Shown piece after piece: positions 24,236 through 34,085 of a stretch of DNA of 64,000 nucleotides. Origin of the DNA: an uncultured Acidobacteriota bacterium (lineage in GTDB: Bacteria; Acidobacteriota; Blastocatellia; RBC074); the NCBI GenBank assembly GCA_963796275.1, contig CAWCKY010000002.1:192001-256000 (forward strand). The letters are read 5' to 3'. The notes below the pieces were generated by a model. The model worked only from the letters and a program-made list of their open reading frames with translations, was not told the DNA's origin and searched no databases. The position numbers and the translations under genes were made by a program. The stretch's first letter is position 1. Every line of letters begins with the position of its first letter.

Positions 24236-26143
24236 ATGCGTCGACTCGCTTTCCGCCTAATGCCTGGTGCTCGATGGACGCTGTTCTCCGCCTTCTGCCT
24301 CCTGCTTTTCGCCGCGCCGGCCTTCGCCCAGGCGGGCAAGCCTTTGCGGCCTTCGGATATTCGCTTCGAGCAGCGGCTAGATGAACGGGTTTCGCTCGAT
24401 CTCAACTTTCGTGATGATGAGGGGCAGACGGTCAGATTAGGCGATTACTTCAGGAGCAAGCCGGTCATCCTCGCGCTCGTCTATTACGAATGCCCGATGC
24501 TCTGCAGTCAAGTGCTGACCGGGCTGACCCACAGCCTCAAGACCATCTCATTCGACGCCGGCAAAGAGTTCGAGGTAGTCATCGTCAGCTTCAACCCCCG
24601 CGAGACACCTGAGCTGGCGAGCGCAAAGAAAGAAACGTACCTGCGGGATTACTCGCGTCCCGGAACGGCTGCGGGCTGGCACTTCCTGACCGGCGATCCG
24701 AAAGCGATTGAGGAGATCACTCAGGCTGTGGGCTTTAGTTATGTCTACGACTCGGCGCTCAACCAGTATGCTCACGCTTCTGGCATCATGGTTTTGACGC
24801 CGGAGGGGAGACTCTCGCGCTATTTCTACGGCATCGAGTATGCGCCGCGCGATCTGCGGTTGGGTCTGGTCGAAGCCTCGGCAAACAGGATCGGCACATC
24901 GGTAGATCAGATTTTACTGCTCTGCTACCAATACGATCCGACGACAGGAAAATATGGTGCGGCGGTAATAAATGCACTGCGGTTCGGTGGAATCATAACA
25001 TTGTTGTTTGTGGTGATACTTCTTTTTGTACTGGAGCGAAAGTCAAAAGGGCAAAATCGATCTGACACAACAGTCAAGCCGATCAACCTTTGCCTTTTGC
25101 CGTTTTATTTCTTCCTCCTGCCGTTTGCTCCTGAAGAAGCCTCCACTGTCGCCGGCAAAGTGGATGAGCTATACATTTTTCTGGTGGTGATCGCGATCTT
25201 CTTCAGCGTGCTGATCGCCGGGCTGGAGATTTTCTTTGCCATCAAATATCGCCGCCGCTCGCCGGATGAATTCCCACCCGCCTCGGTCCCTTCGCTCAAG
25301 CTCGAAATAACCTGGACCGTTATTCCGTTCATAATCGCCATGGTCATATACGTGTGGGGCGCCAAGCTCTACTTTGACATCTATCGTAATCCGAGCGACG
25401 CGATCGATGTTTACGTCATGGCTAAACAATGGATGTGGCGGTTCCAGCACCCTGACGGGAAGCGCGAAATCAATGAGCTGCACGTGCCACTGGGCCGGCG
25501 GGTCAAGCTAACTATGTCGAGCGAAGATGTGATCCACAGCTTCTACGTGCCCGCTTTTCGTGTCAAGGCAGATGTCGTCCCGGGCAAGAACCGCTATACA
25601 ACGGCATGGTTCGAGGCGACCAAGCCCGGCAGGTACCACCTTTTCTGCGCTGAATACTGCGGCACTAGCCATTCTGGGATGATCGGCTGGGTTGATGTGA
25701 TGGAACCCGCCGAGTATCAGGCCTGGCTTGGCGGCGGCACGGAGACAGGCTCATTAGCCGCGAATGGAGAACGGTTGTTTCAGCAAATGGCCTGTGTGAC
25801 CTGCCATCGGAGCGACGGAACGGGGCGCGGGCCGAAGCTTGAAGGGTTGTTCGGCGGCAAGGTAATGCTCGACAACGATCAGACGGTCGCATTCGATGAA
25901 AGCTATCTGCGCGAATCAATCCTCAACCCGCAGGCGAAGATCGCCGCCGGATACAAACGTCCCTCGGAGATGCCGACGTTTGACACGCTGGTGAGCGAAG
26001 AACAGTTGTTGCAACTCATCGCATACATCAAATCCATCGGCCCGCAAAGTAAGACAGCCGAAGACGCAAAACCGACGCCGGTTCATAATAAAGCGGCCGC
26101 CCAGACTCCTGCGCAGCCAAAGCAGGAAGGTCTCAAGCAATAG
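24236..26143 (+). CDS. coxB: SCO-family copper chaperone fused to cytochrome c oxidase subunit II with C-terminal cytochrome c (caa3 type)
   Basis: SCO: YYECPMLC, YAHASG, RYFYGIEY. CoxII: LEITWT, KQWMW, DVIHSF, CAEYCGTSHSGM (CuA). Heme c: CVTCH. One continuous ORF, with AAGGAGG RBS before ATG 24236. Confidence 0.88.
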   Translation: MRRLAFRLMPGARWTLFSAFCLLLFAAPAFAQAGKPLRPSDIRFEQRLDERVSLDLNFRDDEGQTVRLGDYFRSKPVILALVYYECPMLCSQVLTGLTHSLKTISFDAGKEFEVVIVSFNPRETPELASAKKETYLRDYSRPGTAAGWHFLTGDPKAIEEITQAVGFSYVYDSALNQYAHASGIMVLTPEGRLSRYFYGIEYAPRDLRLGLVEASANRIGTSVDQILLLCYQYDPTTGKYGAAVINALRFGGIITLLFVVILLFVLERKSKGQNRSDTTVKPINLCLLPFYFFLLPFAPEEASTVAGKVDELYIFLVVIAIFFSVLIAGLEIFFAIKYRRRSPDEFPPASVPSLKLEITWTVIPFIIAMVIYVWGAKLYFDIYRNPSDAIDVYVMAKQWMWRFQHPDGKREINELHVPLGRRVKLTMSSEDVIHSFYVPAFRVKADVVPGKNRYTTAWFEATKPGRYHLFCAEYCGTSHSGMIGWVDVMEPAEYQAWLGGGTETGSLAANGERLFQQMACVTCHRSDGTGRGPKLEGLFGGKVMLDNDQTVAFDESYLRESILNPQAKIAAGYKRPSEMPTFDTLVSEEQLLQLIAYIKSIGPQSKTAEDAKPTPVHNKAAAQTPAQPKQEGLKQ

Positions 26144-27817
26144 ATGGAGGGAGAAATGCCAGCAGAAACAATCATCGAGCAGCCGGGCGTTCATTACCTC
26201 AACGCAGATTACGGCTGGAAATCATGGCTGTTCACGACCGATCACAAGCGAATAGGCATTCTTTACCTGATCTCGATCACTCTCTTCTTCTTTCTCGGCG
26301 GACTGTTCGCGGCGCTGATTCGCTTCGAGCTGGCGACGCCGAAAGGTGACATGGTTTCATCGGAGACATACAACAAGCTCTTCTCGATGCACGGTATCAT
26401 CATGGTCTTCTTCTTCCTGATTCCATCAATTCCCGCCGTGCTCGGAAATTTCCTGGTGCCGCTCATGATCGGCGCGCGCGATGTCGCCTTTCCAAGGCTC
26501 AATCTACTGAGCTGGTATCTCTTGAACTTGGGCGGACTGTTTATGCTATATGCAGTCCTGCACGGCGGCGTCGATACCGGCTGGACTTTTTATCCGCCGT
26601 ACAGCTCCAACTTCGCCAACACCAATGTCGCAGCAACTGTCCTAGCGGTCTTCATCGCTGGGTTCTCATCTATCCTGACGGGATTAAATTTCGTCGTGAC
26701 TATTCATTCAATGCGCGCACCGGGAATGACGTGGTTTCGCTTACCGCTCTTCATCTGGTCGATGTATGCGACGAGCATTATTCAAGTGCTGGGCACGCCG
26801 GTGCTGGCGATCACGCTCGCACTCGTGGCCGCTGAAAGGCTGCTGCATCTCGGCGTCTTCGATCCGGACTATGGCGGTGATCCAGTGCTGTTTCAGCACC
26901 TCTTCTGGTTCTACTCGCATCCGGCGGTTTACATCATGGTATTGCCTTCCATGGGTGTGGTCAGCGAGTTGGTCGCCACGTTCACGAGGAAGAATATTTA
27001 CGGCTACAAGTTCGTCGCGTTTTCCAGCATTGCCATCGCGGTCTTCGGTTTTCTCGTCTGGGGACATCACCTTTTCGTCAGCGGCCAGTCAGTCTATGCT
27101 GGCATGGTCTTTTCGTTCCTGAGCTATGCCGTGGCGATTCCGTCTGCCATCAAAGTCTTCAACTGGACGGCCACAATGCACAAAGCCTCGGTCTCTTATC
27201 AAACGCCGATGCTCTATGCCTTCGGCTTCATCGGGTTGTTCACGATTGGTGGATTGACCGGGCTCTTTGTGGCGGCGCTGGGTATAGACATCCACGTGAC
27301 CGACACCTACTTCGTCATCGCGCACTTTCACTACATTATGGTTGGCGGCGCAGTGATGGGGTATCTGGGGGGGTTGCATTACTGGTGGCCGAAAATTTCG
27401 GGGCGCATGTATCCCGAAGGCTGGGCGAAACTCGCCGCGTTGATCGTCTTCATCGGATTCAACCTGACGTTCTTCCCGCAGTTTCTGCTGGGCTATATGG
27501 GAATGCCGCGGCGCTATCACGTTTACCCGCCGGAGTTCCAGGTCTTGAACGTGATGTCTTCGGCGGGCGCGACGATTCTGGGCGTCGGTTACGTGCTGCC
27601 GATGGTCTATCTGATCTGGTCAATGAGGTACGGGCCGATGGCTTCGGCCAATCCGTGGCCCTCAACCGGCCTGGAATGGCAGACTTCATCACCGCCGCTG
27701 ACCGAAAATTTCGATGTTACGCCGGTCGTAACCGGGGGTCCATACGACTTCCCTTCACTGGCGCACGGCGAGTATGGAAGCAGACAGCAGTTTGAGCCCG
27801 GCAAGCTGCCCGCCTGA
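26144..27817 (+). CDS. coxA: Cytochrome c oxidase subunit I, A2-type heme-copper oxidase
   Basis: [24 protein letters not shown] (YS motif of type A2), VWGHH, AHFHY and GMPRRY. Confidence 0.96.
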   Translation: MEGEMPAETIIEQPGVHYLNADYGWKSWLFTTDHKRIGILYLISITLFFFLGGLFAALIRFELATPKGDMVSSETYNKLFSMHGIIMVFFFLIPSIPAVLGNFLVPLMIGARDVAFPRLNLLSWYLLNLGGLFMLYAVLHGGVDTGWTFYPPYSSNFANTNVAATVLAVFIAGFSSILTGLNFVVTIHSMRAPGMTWFRLPLFIWSMYATSIIQVLGTPVLAITLALVAAERLLHLGVFDPDYGGDPVLFQHLFWFYSHPAVYIMVLPSMGVVSELVATFTRKNIYGYKFVAFSSIAIAVFGFLVWGHHLFVSGQSVYAGMVFSFLSYAVAIPSAIKVFNWTATMHKASVSYQTPMLYAFGFIGLFTIGGLTGLFVAALGIDIHVTDTYFVIAHFHYIMVGGAVMGYLGGLHYWWPKISGRMYPEGWAKLAALIVFIGFNLTFFPQFLLGYMGMPRRYHVYPPEFQVLNVMSSAGATILGVGYVLPMVYLIWSMRYGPMASANPWPSTGLEWQTSSPPLTENFDVTPVVTGGPYDFPSLAHGEYGSRQQFEPGKLPA

Positions 27818-27828
27818 GGAGAGCAATA

Positions 27829-28491
27829 TTGTCTGTGGATCATGCGACAAGCTCTTCGGCGCTCGCGCATCAGTTCGATAACCTCGAACAACAACGCGAG
27901 GCGTCCACGCTGGGAATGTGGGTCTTCCTGGTAACCGAGGTGTTGTTCTTCGGGGGGCTCTTCACATCCTATATCGTCTACCGCTCCTTGAACCCTTTTG
28001 CCTTCGCCGAGGTCAGCCGGCATCTGGACATAGCGCTCGGCACGATCAATACGGCGGTACTGATCTGCAGCAGCCTCACTATGGCGCTGGCTGTTTACGG
28101 CGCGCAGAAGGGAAAGCAGCTGATGATCGTCGGATACCTGATACTGACCATTCTGCTTGGTCTGGTTTTCATCGGTATTAAGTTCTATGAGTATTACCAG
28201 AAGTTCGTCGAGCATTTCGTGCCAGGCAGTTCATTCAGCTTCCCTCCCCCTTACATGCAGGAAGCGGAGATGTTCTTTTCGCTCTACTTCGCGATGACCG
28301 GATTGCACGCTTTACACATGATCATCGGAGTCGGACTGCTGACGTGGCTCATTCTGCTCGCGCGTCACGGACGATTCACACCAGAATATCACTCACCCGT
28401 TGAGTTGACTGGACTCTACTGGCACTTCGTAGACATCATCTGGATATTTCTTTATCCGCTGCTCTACCTGATCGGCCGCCATCTGGAATGA
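27829..28491 (+). CDS. coxC: Cytochrome c oxidase subunit III
   Basis: GMWVFLVTEVLFFGGLF, TGLHALH and GLYWHFVDIIWIFLYPLLY. Confidence 0.95.
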   Translation: MSVDHATSSSALAHQFDNLEQQREASTLGMWVFLVTEVLFFGGLFTSYIVYRSLNPFAFAEVSRHLDIALGTINTAVLICSSLTMALAVYGAQKGKQLMIVGYLILTILLGLVFIGIKFYEYYQKFVEHFVPGSSFSFPPPYMQEAEMFFSLYFAMTGLHALHMIIGVGLLTWLILLARHGRFTPEYHSPVELTGLYWHFVDIIWIFLYPLLYLIGRHLE

Positions 28492-28515
28492 TCTACGAAA
28501 CGAAAGGATTGAGTT

Positions 28516-28809
28516 ATGCCTGAACACATCGTCCATATCAAAGTCTACGTTATCATCTTTATTGCACTGCTGATATTGACTGCTACGACCTGCGCGATTT
28601 CGTTCATCAATCTGGGACGATTGAATGCAATCGTGGCGTTGGTGATCGCGTTCGGTAAAGCCTTGCTGGTGGCGCTTTTTTTCATGCATCTGCGTTACAG
28701 TCGCCGCCTCATGCAAGTCGTTGTCGCTGGCGGGCTGTTCTGGCTGGGTATTATGATCGCACTGACGATGAGCGATTTTCTGACCAGAGGCTGGCTGACG
28801 TATAGATGA
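28516..28809 (+). CDS. coxD: Cytochrome c oxidase subunit IV
   Basis: Three TM helices with [14 protein letters not shown]. Confidence 0.9.
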   Translation: MPEHIVHIKVYVIIFIALLILTATTCAISFINLGRLNAIVALVIAFGKALLVALFFMHLRYSRRLMQVVVAGGLFWLGIMIALTMSDFLTRGWLTYR

Positions 28810-28946
28810 ACATCATCAAACAAGACGTCCGACGTGGTGTCGAAAAACGGCCAATCAGCAGGAGAAGCCCAAAAGAACACTTTGGAACTTTTGTAAAAAC
28901 GCTCTGTGCAGAACAACCATCGCCGGAGCAGAGAAGGCGAACCAAG

Positions 28947-29291
28947 ATGATCAAGCTGAAACGCGCCTATGAAAAACCCACCAAAGATGACGGGGAGCGC
29001 ATCCTCGTCGAGCGGCTTTGGCCGCGCGGTCTGACCAAGCTAGAGGCCAAGATAGATATGTGGCTGAAGGAGATCGCGCCGAGCACAGAACTGAGACGGT
29101 GGTTCGGGCATGATCCAGATAAGTGGGATGATTTCCGCCAACGTTATCAAAAGGAGCTGAAGCACAAAGACGATCTGATCAAGCTGCTCAAGCGAAAAGC
29201 CAAAGCAGGAACGATCACCCTGATTTATTCGGCGCGAGATGAGGAGCACAATGGCGCTCTAGTTTTGAAGCGGTTTCTTCAAAATCACTAA
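28947..29291 (+). CDS. DUF488/YeaO-family protein
   Basis: [35 protein letters not shown]; start re-assigned to MIKLKR. Confidence 0.88.
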   Translation: MIKLKRAYEKPTKDDGERILVERLWPRGLTKLEAKIDMWLKEIAPSTELRRWFGHDPDKWDDFRQRYQKELKHKDDLIKLLKRKAKAGTITLIYSARDEEHNGALVLKRFLQNH

Positions 29292-29559
29292 AGCAGGTTA
29301 GTTAGAGGAATTTGGGAGGCTTGGGAGGTATAAAAGTTTGGTGTTCATTTCTAATGATAAGAATTGCATTGACCGCTGAGCGTTGCAGCCCGGATTAGCG
29401 AAATCGTTTCAGTTCATGGCCAACGTCCGTGGCCAGCGCGTTTTTGCTCGAACTCTCAGGATACGCCGGCAGCTATCAGTTACATTGTTTCATTAAGCTG
29501 ATCCATTGGCGCCTGTCGGCGTATCCTGATCTCGCCTCACTATGTTCATGCGCAGGCGT

Positions 29560-30390
29560 TTAATTCTTGCCCGTCTTGATGAACTGCTCCGGGGCATGCT
29601 CAAAATCGCTTTTGCACTCCTGCCTGCAAAAGTAATATGTTTTCTCCTTATAGTTTGTCTTAAAGGCCGTCTTCTTGCTGACCTGCATATTGCAAACCAG
29701 ATCTTCAACTTCTTCTTCGGGGGGATTCGTGGCTGCCGGCGCGGCGCCCGCTGGCTCACCTGACGACGAATGCGCTTCCGCAGCTTCGCGGCTTTTCTGC
29801 GCTTTGAGGTATCCAGGGTTTAGCGTGCCTTTTTCCTTCGCAACGGCGAAAACGGTCGGGTAAAACTGCGCAAAGGTGTTTTCGACGGCGGCGTTCGCAC
29901 TGTGACAGGTGAAGCATGACTCGGTCTTCGGGATGGCTCTGGCAGACTCGGCGTTTCTTCCGAGCCCGAAATATGCCCATTTTTCGGGAAAACGGCCTTC
30001 GTCTTTGACCGCCGCCTCCAATGTCACCAGCTCACCTTGGTAACGTCCCCCCTGGGCGAAAGTGCCTTTTTCCATTGAACTGCGAATCTCCAGGACTAAG
30101 ATCGTTTTGTCGGGCCACTTTCCGGATTTCATAAACTCGCTGTAGGCCGACGGATTTACATAAACGTTCTCAAATGTCGGATTGGCCGGATTGGCGTCCG
30201 GCCCGTATTGAAGGCCGAGACTGCTGCTCAAATAGATCCAGTTGCGATAGTTCGCCGGGCGCATCAATCGGTCATCACTCGTATATTGTGGCTCGTCCGT
30301 AGGCGTCTGCTTCGCGGTCTGCGAAGCGCCCCCCAGGCTCTGGATCAGCATCAATGCGGCCGCCGCGAACACAATCATCTTGGTTTTCAT
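29560..30390 (-). CDS. Cytochrome P460/c'-beta family protein with C-terminal YHS domain
   Basis: Signal peptide; P.NYRNW, NVYVNP, WPDKTILVLE, AAVKD..RF, CFTCH..F.QFYP. YHS: DLVCNM..YYFCRQECK..F..PEQF. Confidence 0.82.
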   Translation of the reverse strand: MKTKMIVFAAAALMLIQSLGGASQTAKQTPTDEPQYTSDDRLMRPANYRNWIYLSSSLGLQYGPDANPANPTFENVYVNPSAYSEFMKSGKWPDKTILVLEIRSSMEKGTFAQGGRYQGELVTLEAAVKDEGRFPEKWAYFGLGRNAESARAIPKTESCFTCHSANAAVENTFAQFYPTVFAVAKEKGTLNPGYLKAQKSREAAEAHSSSGEPAGAAPAATNPPEEEVEDLVCNMQVSKKTAFKTNYKEKTYYFCRQECKSDFEHAPEQFIKTGKN

Positions 30391-30677
30391 CGCGATCTCC
30401 TTTGATTGGAAGGCGCACGTATAGCGCATGCGGCCCTCTCCTCAGTTCAAGTGGAGCGTCAGGCCCGGCTATTAGAGCTATAGGTGCTTTGTTTTTTATT
30501 ATGCGACTGCGAGGGCTTGCGCCATCGGTCGCGGTTCCGCCTCTGCAATTACGGGACTACCCCGGGGCCGCATTCAGGCAGCGCTTCGACGGGTCCCAGG
30601 CTTGTAAATCGAATTTCATCACCCATCGGCAAAGCTTATTGGAAGCCATATTTCCTGATGAGCCGTCTGCGTCAAAT

Positions 30678-33317
30678 TCATTCGGACTTCAAGACGAGGT
30701 GCGGCTCAATCCGCAAGGCTCTGGCCGCCGGAATGTAGCAGGCGACCAACCCGGCCAGCACCAACAAAGACGAGACTCCCAAAAAGATTAACGAATCAGT
30801 GGGGGAAACATTGTAGAGCAGCTCGTGCAAACCGCTGGTCAGCAGCGCGGCTCCTCCCCAACCCAGGGCTATGCCGACAAGGACCTGAATCATTCCTTGG
30901 CGAATGATCAAACCGAGCACATTTGCCGCGCTTGCTCCTAACGCCCTCCGGACCGCTATCTCGCGCACGCGGTGGCTCACAGACAGAGAAAGCATGCCGC
31001 TGACCCCGGAGACGGCGATCACCAGTGCCAATATCGCGAAGAGCGAGAGGAGATGAGTGGCCAGCTTGTTGAGAGAGAGAGAGTCGCTGCTCGTCTGGTT
31101 CAATGTTTCGACCCGGGTAATCGCGATCTCCGGATCGACATCGCGAATCGCTCTACGGACGGCCCTTATAGTTGGCTCGGGGTCGCCGGCGGAGCGAACG
31201 AGGACGGCCCCTACATGTTCCGGATGCTGCGCGGCAGGAGCATATACTTCGTCCGGCGCAGCGCGGTTAAGGCCGAACTCCTTAACGTCACCGACCACTC
31301 CGACAATCGTCGCGCTCCTCTCTTCGCCGCTGCGAGAAATAGGTTTGCCGATCGCACTCTCTTCGCCCCAGTGCCGCCGTGCGAACGATAGACTAACAAC
31401 GGCCACCAAAGGGCCGCTTTCATTATCGGAGTCCTCAAAACTCCTTCCCCTCAGAATCGGAATGCCAAGGGTCTCGAAGTAACCCGGCGTCACGACCCTG
31501 ACCACCGCTGTTCCGCTAGGGAGCCCCAAGCCGGTATCAAAATGCTCGATCCAGGGTCTGTAGGCGACGGCGTCCGGATCAAGCGGAAAACTCGACGATA
31601 CGGCGGCGCTCAGGAGCTCGGGGTGGTTCCGTAACCTGTCAAGCAGGCGCGCTCCTACATTACGCCAATCCTCTCCCGTAACGTAACGGGCCCAGTTTAA
31701 ATCGACATTCGCGGCCACCACGTTCTGGCGGACAAAGCCGGGATCGACCATCCAGAGGTTGATCAGACTTCGGGTAAGAAGCCCCGCTCCGATCAATAGC
31801 ATGAATGAGAACGCTACCTGGCCAATTACCAACACAGATTGCAGAGAGAGTCGTCTTGATCGCCAGGCGACATACCCGGTGCCCTCCTTGAGGCCCTGGC
31901 TGAGATTCCTTCGCGAAGAAAGGGCGGCGAGCGATCCGAAGATTATGCTGACCAATATGGCCCCTGCGAACGCAAAGAGGAATGCTGACCGATCGAGGCT
32001 GATCTCCCTCGCACGCGGCGTCAGCTGCGCGGCGAGTTCCCGTAACAACTCCATGCCGCCGGAGGCAAACAGCACACCTACCACAGCCGCAAGCCCCGCC
32101 ATAATCAAGATTTCGGTGACCAACTGGCGGAAAAGACGACTGCTGGAGGCGCCGAGCGCCGAACGCAATAGCAACTCCCGTTCGCGTCGGACCAGACGGG
32201 ACAGCGTCAGGTTCGCCACGTTTGCGCAGGCGATCAGAAAAACGAAAGTGGCGGAGCCCATCAGTAGCCATAACATCGGGCGCGCCCTGCGCGTGACCTC
32301 GTCCTTTAATGGCGAGGAGATGACCTCATAGCCTCTCTCCGCCGGATAGGCTTCGGGATATTCTCGCACGAGATTTCGGGCGATTCCGGCCAGGTCCGCC
32401 TGCGCCTGCTCGGGCGTGACGCCGGGTTTCAGCCGCCCGAAAAGTTTCATCATTCGACCTTCTCGATTGCCGACGAATCTCGACGCCGACCGAAAAGGGC
32501 AGGCAGCCGTGGTCATAAACACATCGTTCTCATGCGGATACTGCGGCATCGGCGGCAACACCCCGATCACCGTATGCTCGCGGTCGTTCATCCGGAACAC
32601 CTTGCCTACGATGTCGGGATCGCTTCCCTTCCTCTGCCAGTACTCGTAGCTCATCAGCAAAACCGCCGGCGCGTTCAATTGCTCGTCCGCGGCTCGAAAA
32701 TCCCGGCCGAGCGCAGGCGTCACGCCGAACATGCCGAAGAAACCGGCGGAAACCACGCCCGTACGCACGCGCTCAGTATCGCCCTGGCCGAGGAGGGTAA
32801 AAAGCATGGTGTGGTATTCGGCGAATTCCTCAAAAGTACTATTCTGCCGGCGGTAGTCATTGATCTCCGGAACTGAAAAATGCATCTCGGAGATCGTCGC
32901 TTTCGGAGCGACCTGGTGGATATGCAGCAAAGCCTCCCCATGCGCGTATGGTAGAGGGCGCGCCAGGACGGCGTTAAGAACGCTGAAGACCGCGGTGTTC
33001 GCCCCGATTCCGAGCGCGAGAATGACCACTGCGATCGCTACGTAGCCGGGCTCTTTTGCCATGCGGCGGAGCGCGTAGCGCACATCCTGCCGAAGAATCG
33101 CAAGATGTTCTCGCGGGGCCGTCCGGAAAATACCCAAAATGGTCTCCGACCAGAGGACAAGCAGACCGGCCCCGCCGGCCCTACTTGAGGCTTCGGTCCG
33201 TTGATCCCGGAACACCTCTTCCATTTCGCCCCCGAAGTCGCCCCGGAAATCGAAGGGCAACATTCGCAGCAGCAGCCGATAGGCGCGTCCGGAGAAAGAT
33301 TTATCATATGAACTCAT
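30678..33317 (-). CDS. ADOP-family duplicated ABC permease (MacB/FtsX repeats)
   Basis: LALGIGANTAVFSV, LIACANVANL, and a second FtsX domain with REIAVRRALGAS. Confidence 0.92.
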   Translation of the reverse strand: MSSYDKSFSGRAYRLLLRMLPFDFRGDFGGEMEEVFRDQRTEASSRAGGAGLLVLWSETILGIFRTAPREHLAILRQDVRYALRRMAKEPGYVAIAVVILALGIGANTAVFSVLNAVLARPLPYAHGEALLHIHQVAPKATISEMHFSVPEINDYRRQNSTFEEFAEYHTMLFTLLGQGDTERVRTGVVSAGFFGMFGVTPALGRDFRAADEQLNAPAVLLMSYEYWQRKGSDPDIVGKVFRMNDREHTVIGVLPPMPQYPHENDVFMTTAACPFRSASRFVGNREGRMMKLFGRLKPGVTPEQAQADLAGIARNLVREYPEAYPAERGYEVISSPLKDEVTRRARPMLWLLMGSATFVFLIACANVANLTLSRLVRRERELLLRSALGASSSRLFRQLVTEILIMAGLAAVVGVLFASGGMELLRELAAQLTPRAREISLDRSAFLFAFAGAILVSIIFGSLAALSSRRNLSQGLKEGTGYVAWRSRRLSLQSVLVIGQVAFSFMLLIGAGLLTRSLINLWMVDPGFVRQNVVAANVDLNWARYVTGEDWRNVGARLLDRLRNHPELLSAAVSSSFPLDPDAVAYRPWIEHFDTGLGLPSGTAVVRVVTPGYFETLGIPILRGRSFEDSDNESGPLVAVVSLSFARRHWGEESAIGKPISRSGEERSATIVGVVGDVKEFGLNRAAPDEVYAPAAQHPEHVGAVLVRSAGDPEPTIRAVRRAIRDVDPEIAITRVETLNQTSSDSLSLNKLATHLLSLFAILALVIAVSGVSGMLSLSVSHRVREIAVRRALGASAANVLGLIIRQGMIQVLVGIALGWGGAALLTSGLHELLYNVSPTDSLIFLGVSSLLVLAGLVACYIPAARALRIEPHLVLKSE

Positions 33318-33327
33318 CAGGGGATCC

Positions 33328-33699
33328 TTATGCGAGCCGGGTCTTCCTCACCAGCTTCCTGTCATGAGCGCGGGCGACCAATCTTTCCATTCGCTCCACT
33401 TCTGCCGTCGCGACCGCGCGGCCCTTCGGGGTGAGCCGGTAATAACGCCGCCGCTGATCGTCCTCCTCCGCCCGCGGCCGATTTCTGGATTCCACGATCA
33501 GCCCCTCAGCGAGCAAGCGCTTGATGATCGCGTAGAGAGTGCCCGTATTTAGCTGAACCTCTCCGCCGCTGTGCTCCTCGACATCCTTAAGGATCGCGTA
33601 CCCGTGCTTGTCGCCGACCGCCAGAGACAGGAGCACTTGAAACACCGGCGGTGTGAGCGGCTGTCGGTATGCTGCGGTCGGTTCTGGTGATTTCATCAT
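33328..33699 (-). CDS. PadR-family transcriptional regulator
   Basis: HGYAI, GTLY..IKRLL and RRRYYRLT..GR; directly upstream of the ADOP gene. Confidence 0.93.
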   Translation of the reverse strand: MMKSPEPTAAYRQPLTPPVFQVLLSLAVGDKHGYAILKDVEEHSGGEVQLNTGTLYAIIKRLLAEGLIVESRNRPRAEEDDQRRRYYRLTPKGRAVATAEVERMERLVARAHDRKLVRKTRLA

Positions 33700-33756
33700 C
33701 TGGCTCTCCCATATGGTTTTACTTAAAGCGAGCGGCTCGTTCCAACCGCCCGACCA

Positions 33757-33789
33757 ACTATATCAATAGCAACTATAGTGTGCTATTGA
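33757..33789. promoter_or_regulatory. Nested palindrome upstream of padR (candidate operator)
   Basis: TCAATAGCA-actatagtg-TGCTATTGA (33763-33789), overlapping ACTATA-N11-TATAGT (33757-33779). Confidence 0.5.
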
Positions 33790-34085
33790 ATACCTGTCAA
33801 GCTATATAGAAGAACAATAGAGTATTGACAACTATAATACACAAAACTATATATTTTGCAGTATGACCGCCAAGGAGGTGAAGATTACCAGGTAGATGGC
33901 GGACGCTTGCGATATCCGGAGGATCGAATACTATAAATATTGAAGATGCGAGAGCCGTATGCAAGTTATCCTCTAATGCTCGTTCACCGTAGATATAGAG
34001 GATTACACTAACGCCTCGGCAATCCTCTTCTTCGGAGTAATCGGGCGCCCCCGGCACTTGCCACAAATTTTCCTCAGGAGCGAAT

